From positions 77,252,001 to 77,316,000 of the forward strand of contig OX597825.1 in the NCBI GenBank assembly GCA_951406725.2: a stretch of DNA of 64,000 nucleotides. The letters are read 5' to 3'. The notes beneath the pieces were generated by a model, which was not told the origin of the DNA, ran no database searches, and was given only the letters and a program-made list of their open reading frames with translations. The position numbers and the translations under genes were made by a program. The stretch comes from Octopus vulgaris. Lineage: Eukaryota. Each line of letters begins with the position of its first letter. The stretch's first letter is position 1. Below are positions 1 to 12,966 of this stretch, piece by piece.

Positions 1-163
1 AGAGGACAAAAAAGGGGGGTTAAAAAAAAAAGGGGGAGAGAAAAAAAAAAAATTGATCAATAGGGATCGTTATCACAGAAATGTCAATATGAAGTGTAAA
101 GGGGAGGACAGGTGAGGTTTACCCGTGGAAAGAAAAGCCTACGGAAAAGACCACGGTAACCTC

Positions 164-830
<667 letters not shown>

Positions 831-1029
831 AAGAAAGAGTCAGAGTAAGACAGAAAGAGAGTGAGAGAGACACCCACAGACAGAGAAGTAGATATAGATA
901 AATATTGTGTGTGAGAGAAAGAGAGAGTTTATTTGTATGTGTGTGTGTGTGTGTGTGTATGAGTTTGTTATTGTGTATGTGTGTTTGTGTGTGAGTGAAA
1001 CTGTTATCTAACAGAAAGAACGTTTACAT

Positions 1030-1048
1030 CAGCTTTTCTTTGTTTCTC

Positions 1049-1079
<31 letters not shown>

Positions 1080-1181
1080 CTCTTTCCTTCTTTCTCTCCT
1101 CACCTCGATGCTTCTTCTACAACAACCTGTCCTGCCTCAACATCTCTCTTCCTCTTCCTCTCTGTCTTGATCTCTCTCTTT

Positions 1182-1228
<47 letters not shown>

Positions 1229-1561
1229 TTAACCTTTATTTCTCTTACTTTCTCCTACTCTGAACCTCCCTCTCTCTCCCTCTTCCTTTCTTTCATTTCC
1301 ACCCCCATCTCTCTCTTTGTCTTTCACAGTACATTTTCCCCCTCTCACATATATAATCATTCCTTTCCTTCTGTCTATCTCTCTCTCACTCTCACATTCT
1401 CATACACAGTACTTTCTGCCTCTCTTTCTCAATCTCTCTCTCTCTCCCTTTCCGTCTGTCTATTTTTTTCCACACTATTCTGTCTCACTATTTCTTCCTT
1501 TCTCCCTCCTCTCTTTCCCTCCCAATTTCTCTCTATACATACATATATACATATACATACA

Positions 1562-1619
<58 letters not shown>

Positions 1620-1870
1620 TATATATATATGTGTATATACAAACATACGTATATATATATACATACATGTTCTTACTTTTTTCTGACTAGGACGTAAACA
1701 ACCAGAAAAGAAGAGAAGGAAAGAATAAAGAAAACGAACACCGAATAACGGAATAACGACAAACATCGCACACACACACACACACACACGCGCACACACG
1801 CACACGCACACACATACATACAGGCAAGCCCACACAAACACACTAACAGAACAACGCTCGGCGCGGCAAG
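1030..1870 (+). promoter_or_regulatory. Probable proximal promoter / 5' UTR of the nAChR gene (CT-rich tract, TA and CA repeats, CpG-richer segment before the ATG)
   Basis: Position immediately upstream of the start codon only; no transcription start site can be identified from sequence. Confidence 0.3.
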
Positions 1871-2122
1871 ATGGCCACAGTAGAAAAACAGGAACATCAT
1901 AGATCAACATGTTTCAATGGAACATCGACGGCAGGCAAGATTTTCGGTTATATTTTGGTGTACAGTTTCATGTTGGTGTGTTTGGCTAACCACGATGCTA
2001 AAAGACTCTACGATGACTTACTTCGGAAACGCGGATACAACAAACTTATACGTCCGGTCGGAAATAACACGGACAAACTGACCGTAAAATTAGGAATACG
2101 TCTGTCACAGATGATTGATGTG
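1871..2122 (+). CDS. Nicotinic acetylcholine receptor subunit (alpha-like, Cys-loop ligand-gated ion channel), coding exon 1: signal peptide plus start of the extracellular domain
   Basis: ATG in good context (gcaagATGg). Hydrophobic signal core [16 protein letters not shown] is followed by [45 protein letters not shown], matching the [19 protein letters not shown]...L.LSQLIDV N-terminus of invertebrate nAChR alpha subunits. Ends at a consensus donor GTG|gtaagt at 2123, phase 0. The vicinal cysteines that would prove alpha status are outside the window. Confidence 0.95.
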
Positions 2123-2199
2123 GTAAGTAGAAAGAAAACAAACTATAATAATACTAATAATGATAATATTAATAATAATGATGATGATGATAATAGTCC

Positions 2200-2401
2200 T
2201 TTCTGTTATAGGCACAACGCCTGAAATTTTCAGGGAGTGGGGTAGTCCATTACATTGACCCCAGTGCGTAACTGGTATTTATTTCATCAACCCAGAAAGA
2301 ATGAAAGTCAAGGTCGACTTCAGCGGAATTTGAACTCAGAACTTAGCGACGGGAGAAATACTGATAAACATATCGTTCAGCGTGCAAATGGTTCTGCCAG
2401 C
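2200..2401 (-). mobile_element. SINE family A copy (tRNA-derived, ~210 bp)
   Basis: Reverse complement of the consensus gctggcagaatcgttagcacg…ttctgagttcaaattccgccgaggtcgactttgcctttcatcc…aagtaccagt, seen about 20 times in the window. Confidence 0.8.
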
Positions 2402-2497
2402 AACAATGATAATGATAATAATAATGATGATGATGATGATGAGGAGGAGGTGGAGGGGAGAGGGATGATGATGATGATGATGCTGATCATAATAATG

Positions 2498-2561
<64 letters not shown>

Positions 2562-2632
2562 CTATGATAAAAATAATGATAATAATAATAGTAATAATAA
2601 TGATGATGATAATAATGATGATGATAATAATG

Positions 2633-2700
<68 letters not shown>

Positions 2701-2915
2701 CGTTTCTACAGAAAGCACATGGCCTTGAAATTTGGGGGAAAGGGACTAGTCGATTACGTTGACCCCAGTGTTTCACTGGTACCTAATTTATTGACTCCGA
2801 AAGGGTGAAAGGCAAAGTCGACCTCGGTGGAATTTGAACTCAGAATGTAGACACGGACGAAATGACTTGAAACATGTTTGCCCGGCATGCTAACGATTCT
2901 ACCAGCTCATCGCCT
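2701..2915 (-). mobile_element. SINE family A copy
   Basis: gaaaggcaaagtcgacctcggtggaatttgaactcagaa core; flanked by (TAA)n and (TAG)n. Confidence 0.85.
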
Positions 2916-2935
2916 TGTTCGGAGTAGTAGTAGTG

Positions 2936-3000
<65 letters not shown>

Positions 3001-4029
3001 CATAATAATAGCAATAATAACAAGAAGTAAACAGACAACACGGCATATAAACACATTGCAAAAAATATGTAAAACGTATAGAAAAAATATTAAGAAAAGT
3101 TACATTGTAGTTTACGATGAAGATGATGATAATGAAGAGGAGGGAGCGGAGGGTGACGATGACGATAATGATGAGGATAATAGATGATTGTTATAGTCGA
3201 TGATGATGATGACGATGGTGGTGATGATGACAATGGTGACGATTATTATTATAAATATGTTGTTGATGACAAATATGAGTTCGACGACGACGACGATGAT
3301 GATGATGACGATGATGATGATGACGATGATGATGATGATGATGATGATGATATTAATGATGATGATGATGATGACGACGATGATGAGGAGGATGGGATGA
3401 GAAGGGGATGAGAAGGGGAGGATGCGGATGGCGATGTTATTGTTGGTGGTGGTGGTGATGGCAATGGTCATAATAATGAGGATGATGATTATGATAATTA
3501 GAAGGATGGTAGGAAGAAACGGATGATGATGATGATGATGATTAAACAAACAAAACAAACAACTGTTTATGATTATGATTAATGTGACTGAATAATCCTT
3601 AGCACGAGCTATCCCGTACAGGTGTGGCAGCGCAGGTATGGTAGTAGGTCCTTCCACGACGCTTAGCGACATTTCGTCCGTCTTCACGTTCTGAGTTCGA
3701 ATTCCACCGAGATCGACTTTACCTGTCATACTTTCGGGGTCGAAATAACATCAAGTTATAAAATGGAAAGTAAAGTTATACATACATTCGTGCATGTATG
3801 CACACATACCATATGTATATTTGCATACATATATGTACATGTACGCATGCCTGTATGTAAAGTGCATGTCGTGCACACACATACATATATATATATATAC
3901 ATACATACACACACACACACACACATACATATGTATATATATATATATATATACATACGTATGTATATATATATTTATGTAGCGACCTGCCTACCATTCT
4001 CTCTATGCATCGAGCTACCCACAAACACA

Positions 4030-4076
<47 letters not shown>

Positions 4077-4122
4077 TTCGTTTAAGTAATTCAGATTTAA
4101 GACTTTTGTGTTGAAACAAATT

Positions 4123-4399
4123 TTGTAGTGTCTGGGGAGGGTCATAGGGACTCAATATGACACACTCACCGGTTCAATTTCCACTCATTTATTTGTTTGC
4201 TTATTCCAGATTGCTTTTTCGTCGTTGCATTTGCGACCGTATCAATATATTTTTACTCTGACTGTCCGAGTGAAAATCCATCGATACAGTCGCAACGGCA
4301 GCGAGGAAAATGTTTTCTGGAATAAATAAATGAATGAGTGGAAATTGAACCGGTGTGTGTGTCATATTAAGGCACTGTATCCCTCGCCAGGAATAACAA
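4123..4399. mobile_element. MITE-like element with ~70-bp imperfect terminal inverted repeats
   Basis: aatatgacacactcaccggttcaatttccactcatt (from ~4155) is the near reverse complement of aatgagtggaaattgaaccggtgtgtgtgtcatatt (ending ~4368); looser pairing extends outward. Confidence 0.7.
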
Positions 4400-4409
4400 T
4401 GTGCGTGTG

Positions 4410-4463
<54 letters not shown>

Positions 4464-5524
4464 TATATACATATATCCATACATACATACACACACACAC
4501 ATATACATATGCATGTATTATGTATGTAAATATGTATGTATGTGTGTGTGTATGTATGCATAGGCATAAACAGAGGCCTGGACGTGTGGTAAGAAATTTG
4601 CTTCCCAACCACATGGTTCAAGGTTCACCTCCTCTGCGTGTCACCTTAGGCAGGTTTATTCTACTATAACCCTAGGCTGATCAAAGTATCACGTGTGGAT
4701 TGAGTAGACGGAAACTGAAAGTAGCCCATCACACACACACATACACACACACATACATATATATGAACGCATGAGTGTGTATGCGTCATTCTGTCTGTGA
4801 TTGTTGCCCCACCGCATGACAATCGGTGTTGGTCCATTTACATCCCTTTAGTTTAATTGTTCTGTAAATGTGTCTAATGCAACAACGTAAGTACTGAATC
4901 ACTTAAACCCTAGGGTTTAACATTATTAGCCATCTTATTGAGAGGGACTTCGAAATTTGTACAAGCTGTCAGCCGCTGGAAAAACTTCGAAATCACAGTC
5001 AATACGACGATTATCATTTTTACAACGCGGGTAAAATACTTAGCGGCATTTCATCCGGTTTTATGTTCTGAGTCCAGTTTAGCCAAGGTCGACTTTAACT
5101 TTAACCCTTTCAGAGTCGATAAAATAAGTACCAGTTGTACACTTGGGGTCCATGTGCCAAAATTTCAAACCATTATTCAAGACACTGAGCTGGCAGAATC
5201 GTTACCACGCTAGGCAAAAATGCTTGGCGGTATGTCATCCGGCTTTACTTTCTGAGTTCAAAGGTCGACTTTGCCTTTTACCCTTTCGAGGTCACCCTTG
5301 TGGCAAAATTTGAAACCATTATTATTATTACTTTTATAGTTGCTGTTGTTGTTATTGTTGTTATTCTGAAAGACTCTCGGATAGTTCTTAATTTCCAGTT
5401 GTTCTTTACTAGAAAGCAGGCAATAACAAATCACCAAAGGTTTCAAGTAGTGCCTTCTCTTGTAACTCAAACAGACAATACTCTCCTTAGAATGCGAGCT
5501 GTATCCAACAATGCTGTCTTGTTG

Positions 5525-5913
5525 ATGGCCCTGCAGGTGGGGCCTAGTTAGAATTTTCTTCAGGTCGAATAGCCCACTCCGCTCAGAAGGTCCCTGAATA
5601 AGGGTTGTTTAAGGACGATGAACAAAACATATTTCTGAAGGTGAACTATCCAAATCCCAAAGAATTCCTCTCAACATGTCTATAATGCTCCCCCATTACT
5701 TCTGCTCGTGATCAGAGATGCACCTATTGTCAGCCATTAAGGGACATGGTCAACTGGTTAAGGTCAGCCAACTGACAAGCAAATCTGTGGTATTCAGCAG
5801 AATATTTGCTATAGCCCGTCTTTTATACCAACACAAAACATGTACATGATAGCACTTCCAATAATTTAAGATCAGAAGCCATGAGAGCCACTGCCTAGTA
5901 CTGCATCAGGGCA
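5525..5913 (-). mobile_element. Family E non-coding repeat, partial copy, associated with (TAA)n
   Basis: Same sequence as 16492-17096, 37029-37532 and 53205-53741; terminus actgcatcagggca abuts (TTA)n. Confidence 0.8.
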
Positions 5914-5928
5914 TTTATTATTATTATT

Positions 5929-5959
<31 letters not shown>

Positions 5960-5960
5960 C

Positions 5961-6480
5961 CTTATAACAATTTCTAACGCTGGAAATGTATTACAGTGTC
6001 AGCTGTTCACTACCAGTGAACTAAGGTAACACCTCTTATTTTTCGATCACCTTCCGGATTATTCGAGCGGTTCTAAGCAGTGCTGTTTTCTGCAAGTGCT
6101 TCCCCCTTATTGCAGCCCTTATTTGTTCCACGTTCTTCTCGAGATTTTTGCTCACTGTTCCCAGGGATCCGACATTTATTGGTACTACTGCTACCTTTTT
6201 CATCGACCACAACTGCTCAACTTCCCAAGCTAACCTGTCATATCTCTCGACTTTTCTTTCTTCCTTATCGCATACCTTGTTTTCAGCTGGACATGATATA
6301 TCTATGATCATGCATAGTTTGTTTCTTTCTTAATTAAGACTATGTCCGGCTTCCTATTCTCTATCACATGGTCGCACTGAATCATAAAATCCCATAGGAT
6401 CATTGCATTTCTATTTTCGTCGATGCCTTCAGCTTTGTGGTCGTACCAATTTTTTTGCTCTGTCAAGTCCATACTTGTTA

Positions 6481-6481
<1 letters not shown>
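5961..6481 (-). mobile_element. 5'-truncated R4/Dong-like non-LTR retrotransposon: restriction-like endonuclease C-terminus and 3' UTR, frameshifted
   Basis: Two joined frames read WYDHKAEGIDENRNAMILWDFMIQCDHVIENRKPDIVLIKK…IIDISCPAENKVCDKEERKVERYDRLAWEVEQLWSMKKVAVVPINVGSLG…LQKTALLRTARIIRKV, with the PD..D RLE motif typical of the R4/Dong clade. Embedded between (TAA)n and (CAA)n(TAA)n. Confidence 0.85.
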
Positions 6482-6555
<74 letters not shown>

Positions 6556-6557
6556 CA

Positions 6558-6607
<50 letters not shown>

Positions 6608-6844
6608 ATTATTATTATTGTTGTTGTTGTTGTTGTTATTATTATTATCATTATTATTGTTATTGTTATTGTTATTAGTATCATCATCATTAAAATGCAT
6701 TGACTTTGCTTTAATCCATACGAATTTCACCCAAGTCTCAGCCACATACGTCAAGAGACAACAAGGTTTTGCAGGTAAAAATGCTAAGAGGTGAGCTGCA
6801 TGCTTCTGATAAAAACAACAACAACAACAACAATAATTCTGGTT

Positions 6845-7095
6845 GATTTTACATGGAAAGGAATCTGCATAGAATACGGGAGGTGCTCATAAGCATGATC
6901 TTTTGCAACCCACTTATTTCGGGGCTGCCAAATAAGTGAATTTACTCCTCTTGGTATCGTTCCAAGTGTCCAGGTAATAATAGGTGATGTTGTTCCTTTG
7001 AAATGCCGCGTTCTTCTGATTTTAATCTCCAGGTCCTTAGATTTGCTCCAATTTTCAAACATTCTCGGAAATGTGTTTTTGTTGGCTGGTGTAAC
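6845..7095 (-). mobile_element. Second, more degenerate R4/Dong-like RLE C-terminal fragment
   Basis: VTPANKNTFPRMFENWSKSKDLEIKIRRTRHFKGTTSPIITWTLGTI resembles the K.SKYKDLEIE..RMW..K...IP...GALG motif; followed by (GTT)n on its own strand. Confidence 0.6.
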
Positions 7096-7221
7096 ACTAT
7101 GTGTATGCAATCAGCTATTCATACATACGTGCGTATGCTTCTATGTATGTATGTATGTATGTATGTATGTATGGGTGTATTTATGTATGTGTATATACAT
7201 ACACACACTCGTATATACATA

Positions 7222-7266
<45 letters not shown>

Positions 7267-7504
7267 GTATATATACATATTATAGATACATGCATACACA
7301 TGTACTCAAACACACATACGCACACACATACATACATACGTGTATGTGTGTGTGTATATACATATATAAGTGTATTTATGTATACATGCATATGTATATA
7401 TAAATATACATATATATATATACATGCGTATATATAAATATATATAAATATATATATACACATACATATAGATTGCTAGATAGTAAATAGGTAGATAGAT
7501 AGAC

Positions 7505-7598
<94 letters not shown>

Positions 7599-7649
7599 AT
7601 TCACTAAAAGACAGATTGTCTAATGCCAACCTGTTTATCAAGTGTTAAG

Positions 7650-7889
7650 ATTGGTGGAATTGAGACCTTCCGTATGCAACCACAATTGCACTGGGCTGGT
7701 CATGTTGTCAGAATGAGTGACGAAAGAATACCCAAAGTTCTCATGTCCAGTTAGCTTGAGAGTGGACACAGGAATGTTGGTTGACCATGGCTCAGCTATA
7801 GAGACAGGCTGAAGTGTAAACTCTCAGCAGTCTAATTAGATAAGAACACTTTTGAGCAAACGGCCTTGAAGGGAATAGAATGGAGATAA
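7650..7889 (+). mobile_element. RTE-clade LINE ORF C-terminal fragment (with stop codons)
   Basis: Hand translation IGGIETFRMQPQLHWAGHVVRMSDERIPKVLMSS*LESGHRNVG*PWLSYRDRLKCKL…FEQTALKGIEWR matches the QLRWAGHV.RM…R.PK…G.R..G.P…Y.D motif. Confidence 0.85.
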
Positions 7890-8689
7890 TTTCGTCAGAA
7901 TAGTATAAGAGTCTGTTTCTACCCGAGCAAAACCACCAACTTAGGCTACTATTGGCTGTGACATAGCAAGATTGCCCCCTACGCCAATTGCATTTTGCAA
8001 ATTTGGCGCCTTTCTAACACTTTTCTTTTATTCTTTAGTTCACTTGGGCGATAAAGGTCAAATCTCTCTGTTTTTTGTTAACCGCATGGCCTTGGAAGAA
8101 TTTTCTGGAATCATTACTTTATTTGACCAGCTTCCCATATTTTTAAACTGTCTGCTCAATCTCCTTTGATGTGTTGGTGGCCGCTTACATCTGAGAAACC
8201 AAATCAAACCCTAACATCATAACCTTCTCAACACCGGACGATCCTGCAGAGTTTCGTCTTTTTCCACATCACACCTATATCAGTAGTTGTAAATTTCAAT
8301 ATAATGACATCATTACAGAAACATGAAATTAATGAATATAGATTAGAATTACATATATTATAACTAATGAAATATTTCATGATATATAAGAGAAATGAAT
8401 TACAAATTCTCTGGTATGAGTCATGGCGCCTTTTTGCATGTGTTCGCACTCCCTAACTGTGGACCCTAGCTACGCCAGTGCCTATTGGCAGTCCTGTGAC
8501 CTTCTATAATTAGCAACCAGTTCTTCTTCAAAACAACCATACCACTTCATAGGAGTTTATATAATTCCGAAGTACTTAAAGAATTCTTTTTTGAAAAGAG
8601 GGATCTCGAAATAGAGAGTGCTATAACCAATAGCTTTCTCTGCTTCGAGATCCGAAAATATTTTAATAAAGAAATATACATTGGAAAGT

Positions 8690-9608
8690 TTTAGTCTAAG
8701 ATGCTCCGTAAAATTTGATTCCATTTTCACTGTGAAATATGGTACTATGTATATTTTAAATCGTGAATCAAGGTACATTCAGAAATTTTATCTTAGACAC
8801 TCTATGATATGTGATTCTAGCTGGATTGTGACACTATGAATTACAGCCCTAGATACTATGTAAAATGTGGCCCATGGTACATTGTGAAATTTTGTTCTAG
8901 GTACATTGTGAAATGTAGTCGAACATACAGCAGAATACACTATGAAATGTTGTCTGTTGTACACTGCTAAGTGGGGTTCTATATATATTGTGAAATATTC
9001 TCTTTGTTTCATGATGAACTACGATTCAAATATGGTTCGAGATACGGTGTGAAATGTCGGTCTAGTACACTGTTAAATATGTTTCTATGTATAATATGAA
9101 ATGTGGTCCTATATCCACTGACATGTGGTCGTATTACATTGTAAAATGTGGTCTTAGATCCACCATGAAATGTGATCTTGTATACTGTGAAATGTGGTCA
9201 TAGTATTCTGTGAGCTGTGGTTCGTGATATATTGTGAAATACAGTACGAGATATGATGTGAAATATGGATCTAGATTCACAGTGAAATGTGCTCCCTGAT
9301 ATACAATGAAATGCGCTTCTATGAATAAAATTAAATAAGTCTGATACCCTGGGAAATATGGTTCTGGATATATTGTGAAATATAAACTTAAATATACAGT
9401 GAAATCTGTTTCAAGATGTACTGTGACACGTGGCCCTAAATACTTTCTGAAATATGCTTCTACGTATAACATGAAGTGTGGTTCTAGGAACATTGCGATA
9501 TGCTCTTTTAGGTATATTGTAAAATCCAGTTCTAGATATGCGATCAAACTAGATTCACTATGAAATGCAATTCTAGGACTACAATGGGAATTGTAGTCCT
9601 AGGTACAC
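8690..9608. repeat. Degenerate 24-bp minisatellite, consensus approximately tagatacactgtgaaatgtggttc, roughly 35-38 units
   Basis: tgtgaaat recurs every ~24 nt; ORFs 8788-9012 and 9134-9547 show 8-residue periodicity (YLEPHFTV-like). Confidence 0.85.
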
Positions 9609-11286
9609 AAAGGCTTCGATTGGCTAAATGGCCTACAGAATCAGGTTTGACCCGGTGCTAAAACAATAATAAAACGAACAGTAATGTTTTCAAATTTTAA
9701 CGCAAGACCAGCAGTGTTAGTAAAAGGTCGCTTACATGGATCCCAGTGCTCACCTGGTACTCATTTTATCGACTTCCCAAAGACGAAAGTCTAAGTCGAC
9801 TTCGGTGCAATTTGATCTTAGAAGGCAACGACTTGAAAAAATACTACAACACATTTTTTTACGACACTCTACCAGTTCCGCAACCACCTCGCCTTAGCGG
9901 CAAAAGTTAATAATAATTAATATGTCCGACTAAAGTCCTGGAGATTTACCAAAAATTTATTTTAAAAGTTTATGTTGCTAACACCAACGCTGCCGCCATT
10001 GCTAAGTTCTGTTGAAGTTGCAGCAGTTTTTAGATTTTAATCTCAGTAAATTGCTTTATATTATAATTAACGAGTAAATAGATGTCACTTAACAGGCGAT
10101 TATTATTGGACGAGAAGCGTCGCCTCTTCCGGTTTGTTTCTATAGTAACACATCTTTACATGCATACATACATACATGTTACATAAGTACATGCAAATAT
10201 AAATGAGTATATCCAGTCTAGTGACTATAGGCCAGATACTCCAGATATGACTACCACTCGTCGTCACCACACACTGCGGTCTCATGCCACAGCTGTACAA
10301 ATCACCCTGGCCTTCACCATCTGCTTTTCGATGTCGTTGTTTCATCTTCGTCTTTGTCACTCACAAGCCCCTTTTCGTCAACCCACCACCTCGAGGATTC
10401 GAGCGCAGAAGATCTAGGCCCTGACTATGAGGCCAAAATATTGCATTTCTTCATATCGGGTTATCGTTTGCAGCTTCTCTGTCTCTCTCTCCCTCTCTCT
10501 CCCCCTCTCTCTCTTCAGGATTGAATCATCCATTCTATATATCATCCATCTAATCGGCAGAGTTCTTTTGTATCATATTATATTGAACACCAACTTTCAT
10601 TGTCGGTCAGCAAAGATTATGCCCCCTTTTTAACACTCATAAACTTATAATGTTTGACCAAGGGTTTTATTAGGTTCAGCTTGATGCTTTTATTACAACT
10701 CAAAGAATAATTAGGGCTTCGGAGAAGTGTACTTTCATTTCTTCTGCTTCTTAATATTTTAATTTCAAACCACGCCAAAGTCAACTTTTCCTTTCATTTC
10801 TCCGTGTTCAATAAAATATGTACAAGTCAAGTACTAGGGTCGCTGGTATTTGGTTATATTTGACTACACCCTTCGCTCAAAATTGCTGGTCTCGGGTCTA
10901 AAATAGAAATTCACAATGGGAACACATACATATCATTTATCTATGACCATGTTTTTGTTTCCGTAGGTGGTTTGTGGTCATGCTGGGGCATCACCTTAGC
11001 CGGTAATCGATCCCAGTACTATTTTTTTTAAAATCTACAACTGGTTTATTCTGTTATGGAGATATAAACAAACGAACACTGATTGCCGAGTATATTAACG
11101 CTATCTAATTTATTCTAATGTCTTGTTATGCAACGTTTTTGATTTCATTCCCCTTGCAGCATTTTAACCAGTTCCATTGATGTCCACTCCTTTTATCTAT
11201 TGTCGATCGATTGTTGGACGAAAGCCTCGGCATGTCATTACCGAGTTATCTGTGCTTGTTTTAGACTTCCCATTCACGATAGGGTA

Positions 11287-11495
11287 GAGGTGCATGGCTT
11301 AGTGGTTTAGGTGTTGGACTCATTATCATAAGATTGTAGTTTCGATACCTGGATCAGGGGTCCTTGAGCAAATGATCTCATTTCACGTTGCTTCAGTCTA
11401 CTCAGCGGGTAAAAACGAGTAATCCTGCGACGGACCGGCGTCCCATCTAGGGAGGGACACATACGCCAGAGGAACCGGAAAAGGGAAACCAGTCA
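11287..11495 (+). mobile_element. tRNA-headed SINE family D variant
   Basis: ggtgcatggcttagtggtt…tttcgatacctgga A/B-box-like head, then ccttgagcaa…catttcacgttgcttcagtctactcagc; related to the copy at 24745-24975 (-). Confidence 0.65.
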
Positions 11496-12966
11496 TATTC
11501 TCCTTACAGAGTAATGTGGACTAACTCCCCACCCCTTTCACGATAGGCAATTGCGGGTAGGAGTGACAGAGAGTACGTCCTTGTCCGGATGGGTTAGCTA
11601 ACCCTCACCATCGGCATCTTGACAAAATTTTATATCAGAACTTTTTGAGGGTTTGCGGGTGAATTAAATCAATCGTTACACCGACCGATGGAATAGATCA
11701 TAATATTTGTTGTGAGACTCGGAGCTCAGATTTCAAATAGAGCTGAGGTCATTTTGGTCTTTCATCCAAATACCAATCCAGGCCATTTGATTGCTGGAAA
11801 TGTAAGAACCATGGACGAGATGTCTGTAGGGGTATTTGCTCCGGCTCTTTGCATTCTGAGTTCAGATCCTGCTGATGTCCTTTTTGCCTTTTATCATTTT
11901 AGTGGGGTGGAGGACAGCGATAAAATATAATGTCAGTCACAAACTCACAAACACACACACACACACACACAAACACACTCGCGCGCGTGTACACACACAC
12001 ACGCACGTGCACACAGACAGACAGACAGACAGACAGGCACATACACACACACACACACTCGTTTTCTATTTATTTAAATGAATTTCATGGTTCTGAATCT
12101 TGCATTTATAAGCATGCAACAAAACTTATCATTTTCAAAGTCACTCAAAAATACCGCGGGTACTTTGGTAAAATCGTTAGAATATTAATTCCATTGACTT
12201 CGTAATGGTTTTCAAATTCTCTTTCAATCTAATGTATTATCGGAAATCTAAATTGTTATTTTGTTTCTCATGTGTCCTATCGTCATTCAAAGAAGCACGA
12301 AACCACAAGACAGCCTTTCAAGACAACGAGGGTACCGGTCCGTAGTCATAAATCTGCTGCAAATACCAATAAATATCTAACATATAACATCCTATTGTCT
12401 TCAAAAAATAATTGGATCGGGAAGTTTCAGTTTTTTGAGGTCTGGAAATAAGTTGAGTTGGCCACAATTGGATAGTCATTAATCCTAGTTCTGACTGATC
12501 TGGCTGTAACAAAGATATAATATTAATTGATGACTAATATCATTTTCCTTTCGCTGTCAAGCATGGGAGACAACTCTAGACACGTTTACTTTATATTCTG
12601 TCTTTATTAGCGAAGTAGCAACTTCAACATATCTCCTGCCTAACAGTAATTCAGTTTCTCCTTTGTTCATTTCTAAGCAGACACAGCACAAATTTTGTGG
12701 CAAAACAATGCGGCTGCAGTCTTTCTTGTAAAATGAGGTTGTACAAGCTTTTACATTTCTCTACGTCTTCGGAAATTTCACAAATGATTTTTGCGATTTG
12801 AAAAGGCGTTATTTCTCTTGGCATTGATCAATGCTTTAAGATTCATCCGAGAACCCTGTTGCACCATTAAAAATGTCTGAAACAGAATTTCACATGAACA
12901 TATTGACTTTGTAAATCCGTCCTTGTTCAAATTATAACTAGCCAAGTGCACCGAACATAATTGCAC

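Noticed and set aside
114-163. Hairpin gaggtt…cgtgg…ccacgg…aacctc near the window start
   Set aside because: Short, its context is cut by the window edge, and no ribozyme or known motif was recognised.
1871-2122. Cephalopod chemotactile receptor (divergent nAChR-like)
   Set aside because: The sequence is very close to canonical neuronal nAChR N-termini and keeps the conserved 45-nt exon; it is not divergent.
2123-2224. ORF extension [11 protein letters not shown]… after exon 1
   Set aside because: Read-through past a consensus gtaagt donor into simple repeats; homology stops at IDV.
8690-9608. CRISPR array or C2H2 zinc-finger array
   Set aside because: Contiguous 24-bp units with no spacers, eukaryotic context, and no 28-aa C..C…H…H period.
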